The notes beneath the pieces are model-generated. The model saw only the letters and a program-made list of their open reading frames with translations. It did no database searches and was not told the origin of the DNA. From an uncultured Deferribacteres bacterium (GTDB lineage Bacteria > Zhuqueibacterota > Zhuqueibacteria > Zhuqueibacterales > Geothermadaptataceae): DNA of 20,884 bases. Shown here one piece after another: positions 17,200 to 20,884 of the stretch. Within the stretch, counting starts at the first letter, position 1. The number at the start of each line of letters is the position of its first letter. Position numbers and translations under genes: made by a program. The stretch covers positions 1-20,884 of the forward strand of contig CAXHAT010000143.1 in NCBI GenBank assembly GCA_964014485.1. The letters run 5' to 3'.

Positions 17200-18519
17200 A
17201 TGAACCAGAAGCCCTCGCATCGGAATTCTGCAAAAAATCGCGCCTTTTGTAGACGCAGTCAAAATGGATTCTTCCAGAATGACATTCGCACTAAATTTGA
17301 GCAAAGTCGAAGCAGTTTTTTTTCGTTAATTTCCCTAACCGTCGCTTTGACTTTCGCTTGCTCCGAGCCTGAGCAGTCTGCGGTTCGCGGGGTTTCGGAA
17401 ACGGAAATCGTGATTGGAGCCTATGGTCCGCAGACAGGACCCGCAGCGCCGTACGGAGCCGTTGTTCGCGGCGTTGAATGCGCCTTCAAAATGGTCAACG
17501 AAGACGGGGGAATCGCCGGGCGCAAAGTGCGCGTCATCCTCCGCGATGACGGCTACCAACCTGCGCGGACAAAAGCCGTCGTCAAGGAAATGGTAGAGCG
17601 CGACGGGGTTTTCATGGTCATGGGCGGAGTTGGCACGGCCTGCGGCATGGCGGTCAAAGATTACTTGATCGAGCAAAAAACGCCGTTTCTTTTCCCTTCG
17701 TCCGGCTCGCCAATGTTTGCATTTCCTCCAAATCGCTACGTCTTTTCCGGCGTGCCTCCCTACTGTGACGAGGCCGCGATTTTGACGCAACACGCCGTAG
17801 AGACGCTTGGCAAAACAAAGGTCGGCATTATTTACCAAAACGACGATTTTGGCAAGACCGGACTTGTCGGCGCGCAATTGGAGCTTGAGCAACATGGCGC
17901 GGAGCTTGTCGAGGCTGTATCCGTCGAAGTGATGGACAGCGATTTAAGCTCGCACGCACTTAAATTGAAAGACGCCGGGGCGGAGGCCGTCTTGTTGTAC
18001 GTCATCAATAAACACGCCGCCATTTTGTTAAGCGAATCGGCTAAAATCGGTTTCTCGCCGACCTGGCTGGCCTCGGTTCCCTTGAGCAATATGCCGCTAA
18101 TGCACGAAATTACCTCCGGACGCTGGGAGGACGTTATTTTCGCGACGTACTACGAATTGCCCGACTCGAAGCATCCGCGCGTTCAAAAATACCGCACCGC
18201 CCGCGACAAATTCATGCCCGAGGAGCGCTGGGATTCGATGTTCATGGCCGGATTTGTGTTCACGAACATTATCGTTGACGCCATCGAACAATGCGGGGAA
18301 GAATTGACGCAAGAGCGCTTTGTTGATGCACTGGAAACGGTGAAAAACAAAGAGGCTTTGGGGGTGAAAGTCACTTTCAACGGAGCGCAAAGGCAAGGGC
18401 ATCGATCCGTCAAATTAATTAAATGCACTTCGCGAGAAGGCTATGAACAATTGACCGATTTCGTCACTTCGGACATCGACATCAATGAAGCCATGCGACG
18501 ACTGCGGGGTAGAGATTAA
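17200..18519 (+). CDS. LivK/LivJ-like (type 1 periplasmic) substrate-binding lipoprotein; start uncertain
   Basis: Lipobox TFAC (Cys codon 17359), GVSETEIVIG, PQTGPAA, GGIAGRK, DDGYQP, YQNDDFG. The ORF is open from TTG 17161; the first ATG is at 17200. Confidence 0.85.
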   Translation: MNQKPSHRNSAKNRAFCRRSQNGFFQNDIRTKFEQSRSSFFSLISLTVALTFACSEPEQSAVRGVSETEIVIGAYGPQTGPAAPYGAVVRGVECAFKMVNEDGGIAGRKVRVILRDDGYQPARTKAVVKEMVERDGVFMVMGGVGTACGMAVKDYLIEQKTPFLFPSSGSPMFAFPPNRYVFSGVPPYCDEAAILTQHAVETLGKTKVGIIYQNDDFGKTGLVGAQLELEQHGAELVEAVSVEVMDSDLSSHALKLKDAGAEAVLLYVINKHAAILLSESAKIGFSPTWLASVPLSNMPLMHEITSGRWEDVIFATYYELPDSKHPRVQKYRTARDKFMPEERWDSMFMAGFVFTNIIVDAIEQCGEELTQERFVDALETVKNKEALGVKVTFNGAQRQGHRSVKLIKCTSREGYEQLTDFVTSDIDINEAMRRLRGRD

Positions 18520-18546
18520 CGTCTTTTTGTGAGAGCGGGGATTGGA

Positions 18547-19470
18547 TTACACGTGAACGCGAACGGCATTGGGGATGATTTCGAAACGCGCGGGAAGTTT
18601 GCCGGGGGCCTCGCCGTCCATGTCGATCAAGACTTCTTCGTCAGACCGCGCAACCAGCTTTTTTCCTTTCAAATAAACGACTTTTGGGTGTTGGAAAAGC
18701 TTGCCGTTGTAGAGCTTGGGCAAATTACGCAGAACGTCCAGTTTTCCGACATTTCCAACCAGTGCAAATTCAAACAAACCGTCGTCCAACTTCGCTTCGG
18801 GCGCGACCCACATGCCGCCGCCAAAGTATTGCCCATTCGCCGCCAAAACCGCCAGATGCCTGCCGTCGACTTCCTCGCCGTCATCGATTTGAAAAACGAC
18901 CTTTGGGTTTTTGTGCGTAAAAAGCGTGACGACCAATCCGGAAATATAAGCGAGAAAGTTGCCGAGATAGCGCGGAAAGCCGTTAATATTCTTCGCGATT
19001 AAACCGCCGAATCCGAAGTCGGAAATATTGACGAAATAATTCTCGGTTTCTGAATTGTCAAACCGGCGGTACGACAGTTTTCCAACATCGATATTTTGCA
19101 GGCGCATCTTGATGATGCTTTCGGCCAAGTCTTCGGGCCGGTTCGGAACTTTCAGCGTGCGCGCCAAATCTTGCCCCGTTCCCGCTGCAACGACGGCAAG
19201 CGACGCAGTGCGCGCAAAAACGCCTTTTTCATTGCCAAATCCGTTGACGACTTCATTGACCGTCCCGTCGCCGCCGACGGCGATGACAATTTGAGTCCCC
19301 CTTTGAATCGTCTGGCGTGTCAAATCGGCGGCGTGCCCAGGTTTCTCGGAAAAAACTTCTGAAATTTCAATCCCGTTTTTTGCGAGGGTCGAACGATATT
19401 TGGGCCAGATTTTTCGCGCTTTTCCTTTACCGGCAAAAGGGTTTATAATTGCTGCGGCTTTGTTCGCCAT
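18547..19470 (-). CDS. Diacylglycerol kinase family lipid kinase (YegS/BmrU-like)
   Basis: IINPFAGKG, GGDGTVNEV, GTGQDLAR, NGQYFGGGM, DDGLF and DGE motifs. Confidence 0.94.
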   Translation of the reverse strand: MANKAAAIINPFAGKGKARKIWPKYRSTLAKNGIEISEVFSEKPGHAADLTRQTIQRGTQIVIAVGGDGTVNEVVNGFGNEKGVFARTASLAVVAAGTGQDLARTLKVPNRPEDLAESIIKMRLQNIDVGKLSYRRFDNSETENYFVNISDFGFGGLIAKNINGFPRYLGNFLAYISGLVVTLFTHKNPKVVFQIDDGEEVDGRHLAVLAANGQYFGGGMWVAPEAKLDDGLFEFALVGNVGKLDVLRNLPKLYNGKLFQHPKVVYLKGKKLVARSDEEVLIDMDGEAPGKLPARFEIIPNAVRVHV

Positions 19471-19506
19471 TGAGTTGACTCTTTTGTCTTTGAAATTTCA
19501 TACACG

Positions 19507-19950
19507 TCATGCTTCGTAGCCGCTCGCGTCGCCGCCGCCGAGGCGAATTTGCTCAATTTCCGGCGGTGAAAACTTGCCGCCCTGGTCAATTCCGGGGCAG
19601 AAGTCTTTTTCCAGCAGCCAGGTAAAATCGTTCGCGAGAATTTCGTCCCAAAACGGGTACGTCCGGCATTGCGTCGGGCGAACGTCATAAACCATGCACT
19701 GGTCGTTTTCCCCCAACATGACGCACGGCCCGCCCTTTTTCTCTTCCAGCAAAAGCTCGCCGTTTTCAACTTTTACAAACCGTTTCCGAAATTCCGTTTC
19801 AGACATGTTGAGCGCTTCAGCCATGCGTACAACGTCGCCGTCCGCGATTTCTACGCGACCGGAGATTTTGCAACATTTGGCGCAGTTTGGCTGGCATTCG
19901 AAACAGAGTCCGCCTTCACTTTCATAAAACGGCGTAGATTCTTGACCCAT
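19507..19950 (-). CDS. YkgJ/UPF0153 cysteine-cluster (putative Fe-S or Zn) protein
   Basis: CQPNCAKCC, C.ML....C.VY.VRPTQCRTYPFW and CPGI. Start placed at ATG 19950 (AAGG upstream) rather than 20088. Confidence 0.88.
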   Translation of the reverse strand: MGQESTPFYESEGGLCFECQPNCAKCCKISGRVEIADGDVVRMAEALNMSETEFRKRFVKVENGELLLEEKKGGPCVMLGENDQCMVYDVRPTQCRTYPFWDEILANDFTWLLEKDFCPGIDQGGKFSPPEIEQIRLGGGDASGYEA

Positions 19951-20151
19951 AATTTGCCTTAAAATTAAGTTTTCAAAAAGGTAACGCGCAGTTACAGGAA
20001 ACGCAAGCCTTCTCGGCATTGAACAAGCGCGAACGCCTTCATTTATCTGGAATATGGCAAAGCCAGACAACCCCAAATTGAATGCCAAACACCACCGGTC
20101 ATTTGATTTATTCAGGGAACATTTCTGAAATTTTTATACTACAAGAATATA

Positions 20152-20212
20152 CCTCAGTGTGACGGCAAGCCATGAATAAGGTTGGCTGGCGGATCGTTCC
20201 CGCCCGCTGGGG
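20152..20212 (+). ncRNA. Candidate small structured RNA with a tRNA-like T-arm
   Basis: 8-bp outer stem CCUCAGUG/CGCUGGGG, hairpin AGCCA/UGGCU, and 5-bp arm GGCGG-AUCGUUC-CCGCC with a 7-nt loop. TATACT at 20135-20140 upstream and a terminator downstream. Confidence 0.4.
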
Positions 20213-20237
20213 CTCTTCAAAATATTTATCTCAACTT

Positions 20238-20271
20238 AACGCTCGGCTCCTTTCCCGGGCGTTTTCTTTTT
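20238..20271 (+). terminator. Rho-independent terminator
   Basis: Stem AACGCTCGG/CCGGGCGTT (one G-U pair), 8-nt loop, followed by TTCTTTTT. Confidence 0.65.
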
Positions 20272-20411
20272 CACGCCGACTCACTTGATTTTCCCGCACG
20301 GCTTTAATAGGTTCCCGCCCGCCTGCAGCTGCAGGAATGCAAAGCTTGCTTTGCGATTCAATCGAACAAAAACATAAATCATTCGCATTTTCTTTTGAAG
20401 AGGTATTGAAA

Positions 20412-20884
20412 ATGGATTTAGGACTGCAGGGAAAAGTCGCGCTGATAACTGGAGCCAGTAGAGGAATAGGGAAAGGAATCGCCGAAGGTTTGGCCAAGGA
20501 AGGATGCAATCTCGTGATTTGCGCGCGTAACCTGGAACCTCTGCAAAAGACGGCGGGCGAATTGGCGCGACACAATGTGAAAATTCTCGCCGTCGAAGCT
20601 GACATTACGGTTGAAGCGGATCGCTCACGCCTCATTTCGGACGTCCAAAACGAATTTCGCCGCTTGGACGTCTTGGTCAACAACGCCGGAGGCAATCGCC
20701 GCAAACCGTTTGTTGAAACGACGGACGACGACTGGGACGCCCTGCTTGAGCTCAATTTCAAATCGCACGCCCAAGTGACCAGGTTGGCTATTCCGCTGAT
20801 GCGCCGTAACAATTCCGGCTCGGTCATTTTTATTTCTTCGATTTTTGGTCGCGAGTTCGGCGGGGTCGGGCTTTCCATTTACAA
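20412..20884 (+). CDS. Classical SDR oxidoreductase, truncated by the window end (absent from the ORF track)
   Basis: Manual translation MDLGLQGKVALITGASRGIGKGIA...LDVLVNNAGG...VIFISSIFG...SIY. RBS GAGG upstream. Confidence 0.93.
   Translation, partial: MDLGLQGKVALITGASRGIGKGIAEGLAKEGCNLVICARNLEPLQKTAGELARHNVKILAVEADITVEADRSRLISDVQNEFRRLDVLVNNAGGNRRKPFVETTDDDWDALLELNFKSHAQVTRLAIPLMRRNNSGSVIFISSIFGREFGGVGLSIY

Noticed and set aside
19951..20088. N-terminal extension of the YkgJ ORF in the track
   Set aside because: The family-like sequence begins near ATG 19950, which has an AAGG upstream, and the extension looks like intergenic DNA.
20172..20288. 38-codon ORF MNKVGWRIVPARW...
   Set aside because: No RBS, and it runs through the terminator. 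RNA structure explains the region better.
20231..20878. 215-aa minus-strand ORF
   Set aside because: Antisense shadow of the clear plus-strand SDR gene starting at 20412.

Overview
Bacterial chromosomal window of moderate GC. A T9SS-type C-terminal domain and a PorV-like barrel suggest an FCB-related lineage such as Calditrichota/KSB1 (inference only). From left to right it holds: a biotin carboxylase (minus strand); a divergent, translationally coupled pair made of a 1658-aa secreted protein (ten DUF11-type Ig repeats, FlgD/T9SS-like CTD) and a ~1000-aa PorV-like barrel fused to FN3-like, CARDB, DUF11 and two OmpA domains, one nested inside the DUF11 domain; a four-gene operon (cytochrome c lipoprotein, NAD(P)-binding protein, DUF4286, hydrolase-OsmC fusion); an AT-richer CehA/McbA-like metallohydrolase gene that looks like a solo integron cassette (canonical attC downstream, matching GTTAGC core upstream, no intI in the window); dimethylargininase, M20 amidohydrolase and an orphan LivK-like binding lipoprotein, punctuated by two identical GTAG palindromes; a lipid kinase and a YkgJ-type protein (minus strand); a candidate small tRNA-like RNA with promoter and terminator; and an SDR gene cut by the window end. 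All family calls come from motif recognition by eye; no searches were run.
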